Origin: Octopus sinensis | Lineage: Eukaryota | Direction: 5' to 3' | DNA length: 64,000 nt | Assembly: GCF_006345805.1 (NCBI RefSeq) | Contig: NC_042997.1 | Span: forward strand, 150,102,001 to 150,166,000 | Shown: positions 12,941 through 25,300 of the stretch, piece after piece | Layout of the letters: each line of letters opens with the position of its first letter | Numbering within the stretch: the first letter of the stretch is position 1 | Notes under the pieces: model-generated | Databases searched by the model: none | The model's input: only the letters and a program-made list of their open reading frames with translations | Told to the model about the DNA's origin: nothing | Translations under genes and position numbers: made by a program

Positions 12941-13143
12941 AAGCGGTGGCTTGACGGCAGAATCGTTGGAGATAAAGGCAAAAACACTTTGTAGCATTTG
13001 TTCAAGGTCTTTACCTTCTGTGTTCAGCCTCGCCTTTCATCCTTGCGCAATCGATAAAATAATATACCAGTGAAGTACTGTGGTCGATGTAATCGATATA
13101 ACCGCTCCCTTCACTGCAAGTGGCTTGTTCCTGAATAAGAAAC
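12941..13143 (+). mobile_element. SINE family B, degenerate
   Basis: GGCAGAATCGTT...GCCTTTCATCC...TCGATAAAAT...GGTCGATGTAATCGA. Confidence 0.7.
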
Positions 13144-13414
13144 CTACTTTTCTTTTATTGTGTATTATTTTCTTGTTTTCTGCGTATATTTCTCTGCGCG
13201 TTTAAGTGTGTTTGTGTGTATGCATTGTACATGCGTCTTAGACTTCTGATCATTATACACCCATTCATGTGTCTGAATTCACACATACACACCTTTATAC
13301 AAGTAACTATACGTCCACATGCATAAATATATATCTGTTTATCGATATGTCCATTTCAGACGTGGTTTCATTTGTCTTTGGTGTCGTTATTATTTTTTGG
13401 TACATTTCTTTGTG

Positions 13415-13535
<121 letters not shown>

Positions 13536-14400
13536 CGCTATGCAAGTCTAAGTGTATCTGTCTTGTTAACTATGAGCACTTCAAAGAATAACATACCGTC
13601 CTACAGTCTATTCAGATCTACTGTGCATAATGATGGGAGTATGTTTAGGTTACCAATGTCACACGTATGCGCCTACACTGGCGCACGCGTATATTTTTGT
13701 ATTTTATATTGGTGTTTCATGTGCTGCAAGGAGGACTATATATATATATATATAATATATGCCTGATTATGTGTACGTATGTGCCCGTATGCATCTGTAG
13801 TGTATAAAAATTATTATATATGTTCCTCTGGAGCGATTACGTGCATCATATGTTTAGATAAGTAACCCTTGTTTGTGAATATCTGTGTGTTTATGTTTGT
13901 ATAACCATAAAAGTGCGTACTTGTTTATGTGTGCGTTCCTCTGCGTCTGTTTACAGTCACCAAAGAATTGATATTATTCTAGTCATGTCTGGCTTCACCG
14001 ACCTTACGTTTCTGACAGAATAGAGAATTAGATAGACATTTTTGTTCATACATAATTTGTTTTGATAGTTGCAGTCCAGAAATGCACCGAATCATACACA
14101 CCTGTGCAGCATATGCATACGCACAATCACTTTCCGCCAAACACACACACACACACACATGTACACAAACATAGACATACACACACTGAACACAAACTAA
14201 TACTTAAAATGGCTAACAAATACCACATATATGTTTGTGTATTTTTTGTAGGTGTATGTTTGTGTGCCATGTAATCATAAGATAATGTAATTTGAGGCAT
14301 ACACATAGTTTATACATTTACGAATGAGTGTGACTACACACACACACACATAATACACTTTATCCAAAGATACATAGACTCGAATATAAAGGTGTGACAT

Positions 14401-14659
14401 CGTCATTCTACATCCGTTTTCCCTGTTGGCATGGGTTGGACGGTTTGGCAGGAGCTAGCAAGCCAGAGGACTGCACCAAGCTTTACTGTCTCTTTTGTCA
14501 ATGGTTTTATGACTAGATGCCCCTCCTAACGCCAGCCACCTTACAGAGTGCACTGGGTGCATTTTACGTAGCACCAGCACTGGCGAGGTCTGTTTTGGCA
14601 TGGCTTTTACGGCTTGATGCCCTTCCTAAGGCCAACCACTTTACAAGTTAGACCGGGCG

Positions 14660-14664
<5 letters not shown>
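14401..14664 (+). mobile_element. Retroposon-like repeat with an internal 100-bp-period direct duplication
   Basis: GATGCCC(C/T)TCCTAA(C/G)GCCA(G/A)CCAC(C/T)TTACA occurs at 14516 and 14616. The element ends in (TA)n. Confidence 0.55.
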
Positions 14665-14707
<43 letters not shown>

Positions 14708-14856
14708 CTTATGCTGAAAACTAAGCAGACCTTACGAAAACAAAATCAATACAGGTTGGAAGGAAGAGCATATGTAACCTTATTTGGAATACAAACATGA
14801 TAACCTTAGCAGGGTTTCAAGCTTCTCGTCATTAAACTCAGGTATATATACTCGAC

Positions 14857-14887
<31 letters not shown>

Positions 14888-16414
14888 TTAAATGCATGTG
14901 CGTGTATGTGTCTCTAGATTCGGGTATAGGGAGTGCAGAAATGCAAGCGCACGCCATAAAATTTGGAAGAGGAGTAACAAAGTCGTTTTGTACATCCTCC
15001 TGAAAAAACAGCTACGCCAAAAAAGAATGAGCGGTGAAACAATTTTGAGCTGATTTTAGCCCAATATATCGATAGTAATAATACCTATGTTTGATTTGAT
15101 ATTAACATTGAGAAAAATTGACTATGTTTCTAAAATTTGGGGAACAGCATTTGCATTTCCTGAGCAATATCCGTTCCCGCATTTATGTTTGGGCGATATT
15201 TTTCGTATGTTTTGTGCACATGAGTAGATGTGCGTGTATGTAGGCATTTTCTGTATCTGTGGATAGTGACAGAGTAGATGTTCATATAATATAAATAGCT
15301 CGTCTCGGTATTAAATGTTTTTCTTTTTCTATCTTTGATATATATATATTTCTTTCTCGAATACGAGCATTCACATTTTTGTTAAACATTAGCACTAGCA
15401 ACCAAATGTTCGTTCAATGACGTAATAGATTCGTAAAAGCGGAAGGTCATGTAATATAATATAGTCCTGGATACACTACAGTTGATAGTTTCGTCAGTAT
15501 CTCAGGAAGAAATTTTTTGATGGATACATCTGCTCTGAATATGCATCTTCTTCTTTGTTATATAATAGTCATTCAACTAGCTAGAGTTAGCTACCAATGT
15601 CCTTTAAATCACATCCTAACGTCTTGAAAAAAGTATGTAGATATTGTTTAATTTTCTGCATTTACAAATGGAATGTGTTTGATCATAAATCTGGTCAGTT
15701 ATGGGCGACATTAGAGTAACGTGTTAATGAGAGATAATCATTTCCCATTGATAACTTATTCCTCCAAAGACAGATTTCCTCCGCCCCATTGCAAGTTAAA
15801 CTGTTGAGGTGCAAACTCTCCATAGTTGATTTGTCTATTTTAGGTTGTTGGCGGTGTTGCTGTTTAGCTCCTGGTCAGCATTTATCGAAAGCTTGTTTAT
15901 GGTCTAAGCTGCTCCAACCAAGACAAATCCGTCTTTTTAACGGTATCTGGGAATTCATTAGCCACTGTGTTTTTCCCGTTTTCAAGATTGTCGGTTATTA
16001 GCTGTCGTAAAGTTGACTGGCATGACTAATAGACTGTGTGAACACATAGACACCCTATCGTTAGCTTGCTGTAAATTTGTTGAATCGATGAGTAATCTTT
16101 GGGTATTGGACTTATATTTTGAAACGATCCGAACAATCATTCGACCAACTTCTTTGACCGCTCCTTTTAGAAGGAGGGAGGAATACAATGTTCGTTACAT
16201 TGTAACAACTAATATTTTTCTGTTTGTCTTTTCTGATATAACTCGTTGCAATGGCCCTTTGTTGTAACTGCATGGTCAACAGACAAGAAAGTGTTGTACA
16301 TATATGTCCAATATTACAGCTAGAAACAGGAAATTTACAACTTTCGTGTTTGCTTAAAAATCTGACAACGTCATTAAACTTCTGAAGTTTTATTTCATGG
16401 TTTATATTTTATTA

Positions 16415-16490
<76 letters not shown>

Positions 16491-16499
16491 GTTTGTCAA

Positions 16500-17190
16500 T
16501 GTGGATATGTAAGTTTTGTGTTTTTGAAATATATTATTAATGCTACATTGGGCGTAATGCATATTTTGTTCCGTTTGATGACTCTTTTGATAAATGCATT
16601 CCTCTTTTCTATAGTCGGTGTGCATTTGGTTCATGTAATAAATTCTATGTGCGCGGTTTGTTGCTTTTTACTGTTTGGTTTACATTTACGGTTTGTTTGT
16701 TTTTACAGTGTTTTCGCTTTACTTTTGTTATCTGTTATATTTATTGTATAGAATCTGTTTCTGTATTGTTGTATAATGTAATCTACTATATTATTTGAAT
16801 ATCCGTTATTGACTAGCGTTTGTTTAATGTCTCTTTCCCAGTGTTTATTTTGTGGTGGCAACATTGAAAGGCTCTTCTCAGTAAGGATTTTTATAACTGA
16901 CGGTGTTACATCTACGTAGATGGACAATGACAGTAGCTCCTCCATACATGTATAAGCATTTATTAGTGATTGTTATATGGACTGACGTTAAACAACTTCT
17001 ACAATTTCTTATTTCTACTTAGATATAAAAACTCGTTGGGTTGTTGAGACTTGTGAATTATTTATCGAAATTACATTCGGATTTTGAGGTGGGGAATAAA
17101 AGTTATGTTCCAAATCTTTTTCTTTAAATTACAATTTTTTGCTTATTCATTTAAGGTATCCATCTCAATAAATGTCATCACGTACCTGAT
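16500..17190 (-). pseudogene. Decayed Penelope-like retroelement ORF fragment (RT catalytic region to post-RT linker)
   Basis: Minus strand AGGTACGTGATGACATT (17171-17187) gives RYVDDI if one base was lost. Downstream, across frameshifts: KSLLRRAFQCC, IKQTLVNNGYSNNIVDYIIQQY, NQMHTDYRKEE and LIIYFKNTK, which resemble Penelope RT thumb/linker motifs. Confidence 0.65.
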
Positions 17191-17719
17191 GTAATTAGCG
17201 AAAGTTTGTTTCCGATACATTTCTCTCTCGTTTTCTCTCTCTGTCTCTGTCTATCTGTCTCCCTCTCTCTCGCACACACACACATACACACATATATATC
17301 TGTGTGTGCGTATTGATATACATAAACGCACACACACACACATATAAGTATGCATAGATATATATTCACATATACATAATGCACATATACACACACAAGT
17401 GCATATATGCACTCACAGGAGTATGTGTCTGTCAGTATTGTAATCAACTCTATTTATGCATGGTCCATCGACCTGCTAGAAAAAGCAATCAAATCTCACT
17501 GAAATCAGAACACACTATTCTAGTCAATACAGAAACCAACAATGAACAATGCACTAAACATTATTATAAAATAGGATGTGATGGTCACGGTTATAACGTC
17601 TCCGTTGATAAGACTGTTTGATAAGGACGGACCTGGCCAGGAACACCAACAGCATCAACAGTAAATGACCCACGTTGCTTCGAACGTATATATATATATA
17701 TATGTATATACAGTCGAGT

Positions 17720-17900
17720 GATATTTCTTGCCGCTCAACTTGCTAGAAATAAAAACCAAATTTTTTCTCAAAATAATCACCACCATTCAAAAAAGAACTC
17801 TGGGAATTGTAGTCCAGAATTCATAGCGTATTAGAACAAAAAGTATGTTGGTCACAGTTGGAGTGTCTTTGCTTGTAGGCTTGCATGCAACGTTAACAAT
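17720..17900 (+). repeat. Ancient dispersed repeat family E, representative copy
   Basis: The motif (C)TGCTAGAAAT(A)..A.CCAAAT..C.CAAAT recurs degenerately near 6540, 15575, 17470, 17740, 26165, 31200, 32430-32470 (minus), 36280 and 45670. Confidence 0.5.
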
Positions 17901-17934
17901 TTTTTTCTACTACAGTCACAACACCTAAAATTTG

Positions 17935-18045
17935 GTTAGGAGGCCAGTCGATTACATTGATTTCCCCTACCCCAGTGTACGACTGGTTCTTATTTTATCG
18001 ACCCCCAAAAAGATGAAAGGGAAAGTCCACCGCAGTGGAGTTTGC
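17935..18045 (-). mobile_element. SINE family B, 3' fragment
   Basis: GTCGATTACATTGA...ACTGGTTCTTATTTTATCGACCCC...GATGAAAGG. Confidence 0.65.
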
Positions 18046-18195
18046 AGAACAAAAATAGAATAGGGTGAAGAAAACCTTCGAGTAGCTACTCGAAATGCTA
18101 AAATTAGAAGCATAATCTCCTTGCATTTATACCATGCCATTTAAAATAAAAATAAATTAAAACAAAAAATGATGGAAAGGCGCATGATGGAAAAA

Positions 18196-18612
18196 GGCGC
18201 AGGAGTGGCTGTGTGGTAAGTAGCTTGTTTACCAACCACATGGTTCTGCGTTCAGTCCCACTGCGTGGCACCTTGGGCAAGTGTCTTCTACTATAGCTTC
18301 AGGCCGACCAAAGCCTCGTGAGTGGATTTGGTAGACGGAAACTGAAAGAAGCCTGTCGTATACATGTATGTGTGTGTGTATATATATGTTTGTGTGTCTG
18401 TGTTTCCACCCACCCCCAACATGCTTGACAATCGATGCTGGTGTGTTTACGTCCCCGTAACTTAGCGGTTCGGCAAAAGAAACCGATAATATAAGTACTA
18501 GGCTTACGAAGAATAATTCCTGGGATCGATTTGCTCGACTAAAGGCGGTGGTGCTCCAGCATGGCCGCAGTCAGATGACTGAAACAAGTAAAAGATTAAA
18601 GAGTAAAAAGAG
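18196..18612 (+). mobile_element. SINE family A, full-length copy
   Basis: Same head, body and AAAAGAG tail as the other family A copies. Confidence 0.92.
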
Positions 18613-19518
18613 AGAAACATATGATTATGTAATCTTAGATAGACTATACCAGAAAACACGAGCTGGCTACGATTGGAACATTTTTGTTTAAAAGCCCACT
18701 CGATCTCAGCTGACTTGTATTTAAATAACAGTACAGGGTCCATTCGTTCTGTAATCGATAGAGCTGTAGTTTCCTCTCGTCTCATTTTTTTTGTTTTTGC
18801 TTCTGTGTGTGTGTGTGTTACTTTCTTTTTTCATTTCTGTCCCCTTCGCCACCATCTCTGCTCTTTGCTATTTACTCCTTCCTCGCTTCCTTCTACTATC
18901 CCTTTTCTTTTAACTCTCCCTCTTCCTCTGCTCTCTTACTCTCCCTTTTTCTCATTTCTTTGTACAAACATTAGTGATTTATCTGCATCAATAGGGTTCT
19001 GTATTGATTATTTTTTTTCAGAAGCATTCACCCAATTTCTCCTCTCTGTTCTCACTCCCTCTCTCCATCCTGACCTTCCTTACGCTCTGTTTCTCTCTCT
19101 CCCTCATCTCTCAGTCTCTCTCATCTCATGCCCTTCCTCCCTTACACTCCCTTTTACTTGGTCATTCTCTCTACGCTATCTCACACTATCTGCCTTTGTT
19201 ATATTCCCCACCCGCGGCACCATCCCATTATTGCTCTAAAGATTGAAACAGAACACGGCAAACACATACACACACCCATTAGAAACACTCTCCTCGACCG
19301 ATATGCACATAAACGTATACATACGCTCACTCACGCATAAATATATATATATATACACACACACTCATCTACACTCACATAAACACTGTTCCACTATTAT
19401 CTCATAAGCACAAATATACACAATTACGCATACAAAAACAACTTCCAATAAAAAGAAAACAATCCTAAAATAACGGCACACAGACACATACACATACACA
19501 ACAATTTCTTATTGTCTC

Positions 19519-19551
<33 letters not shown>

Positions 19552-21654
19552 TAATGTGTGTATGCCCAATATATAAACAGACACATGTATGTAATGTATG
19601 TGTGTGTTGACAGAAATATATATATATATATTTGTACTCACACGTTAAATATATATCATACATACATACACAGTTATTCACAGGCAAAAATATAAAATAA
19701 CTGAAACAGACAACGGTGTAAAGTGCGTAATTGATGTAACATCGATTGAACATCAGAGAAGATAGGTGTAGATAGCGATGGGGAGGAGAAGATGGTAGGT
19801 GAGAGAAGGTGAATCGTTGCCGTGGAAGAGGGATGAGAAGGGAGGGGGTGTTGGAAAGTGAACAAGACAAAAGGTGAAGTGGGGGCGAATAAAGAAAAAG
19901 GGATTGATTTTTAAAGTTACATCAATACACACACACTCACACACATATCGATAAACACGGATGTAGATACATAAACAGGGAGGTAGTTAGGTTGGAATCT
20001 ATTTTTCTCTGTTTCTGTCTGTCTGTCTATCTATCTGCATATCTTTCTCTCTCTTATTAATATGTATATGTATACGCACGCACACACACACATACACACA
20101 CACACAAACACACACACACACACGCACATAACAAGAAACATTGCACTGTCTTGAAAATTCTTTTAAAGACTACATTATTTAAAGCAAGCAATATTGGTTA
20201 CATGATACCTGGGAAAAATAACGCAAAAAAGAAATGAGTTATTCATTGTCGGAATACTTTTGATCATAAGCCTGCTGAATGATAGTCTACCTAGGGCTAA
20301 ATAACAGTTATAAAATATAAAACAAAAAAAGAACAACCACAGGAAGATGAAGCAATAATGAATACGTCGGATATTCTTTTTGAAAGGTAGATGTAAGAGG
20401 AATTTTAAGCAGAAGTGAGAGTAAAATGAAACGTATGTCTGTGTTTGGGAGACGGAAAAGGAAAACAGAGAAGGGCTGAAGACAGAGGAAGAACTGAAAA
20501 TGAAATGAACTGAAATAAAACATATGGAATGTTGTATGTATGAATGTATGAATACTCTATACACGTGCAGAATGCAATAAGTATTTTATCTGATCCGGTG
20601 ACTTGTTTGTTACTCTGGAGTTTCCGTAATGTAGTCAGTTTTTCAAACAAAAGAACACAGGTGTAACTGGTCATTAACAATTAGACTAACTTAGATAAAC
20701 TATATCTATCTCTTTCCAAGTGTTCTATTCCTTCTCATCAACATTCTTCTCCTCCTTCTCCGGGGAATGTCTCCCTCCATCCTTCATTTCGTCCTGTGAT
20801 AATGGAAATTGTAGAATGCCGAGTCGAATTAAAACATTTGTTAATGAAACCAGTAACGGCATCGAATTTTATTATATTTCTCACCACTCTAGCATGGAAA
20901 AGATAAGTTCTTTCTAGGCATATATAAGGATGAAGGAGTCATTCACAAACCTCTCTCGTCGTGTGAGTGTGAGGTTTTGTTCCAGGGCAAGATGTCGTCT
21001 GAGAAACAAAGAGCATGCTCCGGAAATTCTGTGAACTTGCAGCAACTCTGTATTATTGTCAAATCAAAAATCATCTCCCTGACGATTATAATTCTCACGG
21101 GAAACCTTCGCCGGTGACAATATTCCATTTTCTTATCTAAAGATAGGGTGTTGGTCAAAAGAAAGCTATTACTATTATGATGAAACACGGTGGATTAATA
21201 GAATCAGATTAACATAGAAGAAAATATTTAGATAAAGTAGTGAATTGTGATAGCAACAGAATATTTAGCTCAATAAGAGTAGCAAGACCAGAGTAACCAA
21301 TGAATTTATGGCCAATACAAACTATGTTGTTTGCAATTGTATTGATGCGAGACAGGCAAAGCGGAAAATAAATAAATGAATAAATAAAAACTTGAGATGA
21401 TGTAGTGAGATTGGAAATAAAATGTTTTACGCAATTTTTGATATTAGTGGGGAGGACAGTCGGACAATACAGTTTTCGAACAACTTAATACAATAGAATA
21501 CTTTGGTTGAGAAGCTAGAAACAGAAAAATAAGTATAAACCCAGTGGTTCGGGTGCATTTGTAGACTAGCTAGTTCACATGCGAATAATATATGAAAGAT
21601 AAAAGAGAGTAGCAGGAGAGAGTGAAAGTGTGTGTATGTTTGTGTTACACAATG

Positions 21655-21863
21655 ATATTGATTTCAAATTTTGACTTACGGCCAGCAATTTCGGGGCAGG
21701 GCAGAGGTCGATAACATCGCGGTACATAACTGGTACTTCTTTCATCGACCCCGAAAAGATGAAAGACAAAGTGACCACGACAGAATTTGAACGTGAGAAC
21801 GGATGAAATTTTCCTAAGCATTTCACCCAACGTAGCTAACTATTCTGCCAGCTCACCACCTTA
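21655..21863 (-). mobile_element. SINE family B, full-length monomer
   Basis: GGCCAGCAATTTCGGGG...CTGGTAC...ATCGACCCCGAAA...GAATTTGAAC...TAAGCATTTC...TTCTGCCAGCTCACCACCTT. Confidence 0.85.
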
Positions 21864-22248
21864 TGTTACTCCCTGATGTTGAGACGTGGACTGGTTAGAT
21901 AACCTTGGAATGCATAAAGAAATCCCGAGACCATGGGTGGGGAGGAATATTGGTGAAAAACTCCAGCTTCAGGAATATAACGAGACCAACTGCATTTGAT
22001 TTATTTGTACTCCTTTATGTTAATCGTTGCCTTTCATCATTCTAAGTTAAGATAAAGAAAATAACAATCAGAATACTAAAGTCGATGAATTCAATAATAA
22101 ACTTCTCCCTAAAATATTACATTCTACTATGTTAAAAATAGTAATTTATTAGTAATATGTTAGTAATATGTCTTCTCAAGTTTGATATACATCTTGGGAT
22201 TCACTGTTGATCGAGAATTTACGTTCTTAGCTGTATAATTTTCTTGTA

Positions 22249-22411
22249 TCTTTTATTAGTTTCAGTCATTAGACTGCGGTCATCGACCCCCAGTACTCAT
22301 TTTTTTTTACTCACACTATCGGTTCTTTTTTCAGAACCGCTAAGTTTTCGGGACGTCAAATGGAGGCAGTGGGGACAAACACACACACACATCTATGTGT
22401 ATGTATATATA

Positions 22412-22469
<58 letters not shown>

Positions 22470-22669
22470 ATGTATGTATTATGTATGTATGCATGTATGT
22501 ATATATGCGACGGGCTTCTTTCAGTTTCTGCCAACCAAATCCACTCACAAAGCTTTGGTTGGCCCGGGGCTGAAGTAGAAGACACTTCCCCAAGGTGCCA
22601 CGCAGCGGGACTGAATCCGGAACCATATGGTTGGGAAGCAAACTTCTTACACACAGCTACGCTTGCACC
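22249..22669 (-). mobile_element. SINE family A, diverged copy with expanded internal (TA)n and a 3' internal deletion
   Basis: GACGGGCTTCTTTCAGTTTC...GAAGACACTT...CACACAGC matches the family A reverse complement. Confidence 0.88.
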
Positions 22670-23025
22670 TACATCTGCTATTTTTAGATGGTTTGTTATA
22701 TTCAAATCTGCTTGAGCAGATACACACACTATCCAAACGTTAGTGGAATAACGGTGATACCTATACTCTGTCATTTTCCCGTATAATTCCCAACGATTTG
22801 ATATTTTTGTTTGTAATTTTTTAGAGGAAGACCTTATTATGAAGTTGATAGGACATTTCATAACATTCTCGTCAACGTGTCTCAAAACAATCCCCATTGA
22901 CTGAACTTCACCTATAAAGGCTGTCGTAAAAATATACTTTCATAAAGTGCTTTGCGATGGGATTGAACTTGTTACCAACTCGTTGAGAAGTTAAGTTCTC
23001 AACCATGCAGTCATATAACGACATA

Positions 23026-23232
23026 CTGTAATACCTCGAATACCGTCGGTGTTACATTCCAAAACCTCCCACAGAAATAATTAAAATATAAAAAATTCTA
23101 AATACCTATCGGCCACAGAAACTCGGATGTACTGATGAGTCCGCGATATATATTTATACATATAATAGCTAGAAAAATCCGCGATGTACTGAGTACGTGA
23201 TAAGTGAACCGTGATATGGCGAGGGATTACTG
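23026..23232. mobile_element. Tc1/mariner (pogo/Tigger-like) MITE, 207 bp, TA TSD
   Basis: Left TA-CTGTAATACCTCG, right CGAGGGATTACTG-TA: imperfect TIRs of the CAGTAATCCCTCG type. Confidence 0.65.
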
Positions 23233-23490
23233 TATATCCGGTTCACTAAAAACGAGACCACGTACTCATTAGAATTGACTTTGAAATTAAAATTCGGCTA
23301 ATAAATAAATGATATATCCGGGTTCAAGCAAACCCGGATACCTTTTATTTATTTATCTTTTTTTTATTTATTGAGGATATGATTTTTTTTACTTGTGAGT
23401 AAGCACGTAACTTCAAAAGAAAGTCAGAAGCGTAAATATTCATATTCATCAACAAATAGGAAACTTTAGAGAGGAAATATGTTGGCTTTG

Positions 23491-24225
23491 TAAGGTAGTG
23501 AGCTGGCATAAACGTAAGCACGGGCGAAATGCTAAGCGGTATTTCGTCTGCCGCTACGTTCTGAGTTCAAATCCCACCGGGGTCGATGTAATTGACTTAA
23601 TCCGTTTGTCTGTCGTTGTGTGTCCCCTCTGTGTTTAGCCCCTTGTGGGTAGTAAAGAAATAGGTATTTCGTCTGCCGCTATGTTCTGAGTTCAAATTCC
23701 GCCGAGGTCGACTTTGCCATTCATCCTTTCGTGGTCGATTAAATAAGTTCCAGTTACGCACTGGGATCGATATAATCGACTTAATCCATTTGTCTGTCCT
23801 TGTTTGTCCCCTCTGTGTTTAGCTCCTTGTGGGTAGTAAAGAAATAGGTATTTCATCTGCCGTAACTTTCTGAGTTCAAATTAGCCGAGGTCGACTTTGC
23901 GCTTCATCTTTTCGGGGTCGATAAATTAAGTACCAGTTACTCACTGGGGTCGATGTAATTGACTTAATCCCTTTGTCTGTGCTTTTTGCTCCCTCTATGT
24001 TTAGCCCCTTGTGGACAATAAGAAACAAGAAACGTTAGCACGCCAGGTGAAATGCTTAGCGGCATTTCGTCTGACTTTACGTTCTAAGTTCAAATTCCGC
24101 CGAGGCTGACTTTGCCTTTCATCCGTTCGGGGTCGATAAGTACCAAGTGAGCAGTGGGGTCGATGTAATCGAGTTATTACCACCCCGCCCCGAAATTTCT
24201 GGCCTTGTGGCAAAATCTGAAATCA
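23491..24225 (+). mobile_element. Head-to-tail tandem array of four family B SINE units (period ~184 bp)
   Basis: GGTATTTC(G/A)TCTGCCG starts at 23538, 23663 and 23847. The tail TTAATCC...TTTAGCCCCTTGTGG occurs three times. The fourth unit begins near 24028 and ends with the monomer tail. Confidence 0.9.
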
Positions 24226-25094
24226 ATATTTCACCTTGTCGAAACAGCCTCACTGATTCGTCAATTCCATTTCGAATACTTGCTTCTGATTTTTGTTTTT
24301 CTATTTATGCAGTGAAATGAATACGACGCGCCGCAATGTTTTGAAAATACAAATTCAGAAAATTAGTTCTAACGATTGGGTGTGTTGAGAAAGCATTTTA
24401 TTCTTAATTTCGATATACGTAGTTATGATTATTAAAGCAAGGTATAATTTAGAACAATTTCAAAACAAACTTCGTGTGTGTTTGTGTGGTTGTGTGTATG
24501 TGTGTGCGTTAAATTTTCATGCAAAACGTGATCATTTTCTTCGGTCTTCAGCGTACCACGAAGTCAAAAATTAAACTTACCGAATTAGTGGAGGGAAGGC
24601 CCATACAGTTTTCTGTAAAACTCTCGAAGCCTATTGTAAAATTGTAAATTACAATGTCTGAACGAAGTACTCTCATTTCATTGTCAATCTCCCTTTATAT
24701 CTAAAATAATCACCAAATTTGCAATTATTCACAACTACATGTATTCTATGAATAAGTGTATTTAGCTGGAAAGGACGCTTTTCAGTATATTTCGATATGT
24801 GTACTAAGGTTGCGCAAGAACATTTTCATTATTGCTGTATTATTTTAATTCTTTATTTGTTCCAGCCACGGGGCACTGCTATCACGTAGAAAAGATCTTG
24901 AAACTGATTTTGTGTACATCCGTATATAACTACACCAATCAGTGTATTTCTTTGAGTCTGTGTGCATATCTGAACGTGTATGGTGCTTACTGGTAAGATA
25001 TTGATAATGAGATGCAACCGTTTTGCTTTCCAGCCATATATTCACTCACCAGGTTCTTCTTTTTATCATCATCATTATTGCCATAATTATTATT

Positions 25095-25300
25095 TGGCAG
25101 AATCGTTAGCTCGCTGGGAAAATGCATAGCGACATTTCGTCCATACTTACGTACTGAGTTCAAATTCCACCGAGGTCTACTTTGCCTTTCAACTGTTCGG
25201 GGTCGATAAATTAACTACCAGTAAAGTACTGGGGTCGATGTGATCGACTGTCCCCCACCTCCATCAAAATTTCGGGCCTTGTGCCTACAGTAGAAAGAAT
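25095..25300 (+). mobile_element. SINE family B monomer
   Basis: TGGCAGAATCGTTAGC...GAGTTCAAATTCC...GGGGTCGATAAATTAA...GGCCTTGTGCCTACAGTAGAAAG. Confidence 0.88.

Noticed and set aside
20921-21140. TATATAAG plus TCATTC Inr-like motif and a 41-aa ORF (MLRKFCELAAT…)
   Set aside because: TATA-to-Inr spacing is about 20 nt instead of about 30, and the peptide is unrecognised.
23121-23145. CTGATGAGTCC hammerhead-like start
   Set aside because: No complementary stem II strand or GAAA follows. It lies inside a DNA-transposon MITE.
23491-24030. Regular repeat array that might suggest CRISPR
   Set aside because: The units are ~184-bp SINE copies with no unique spacers, the context is eukaryotic, and there are no cas genes.
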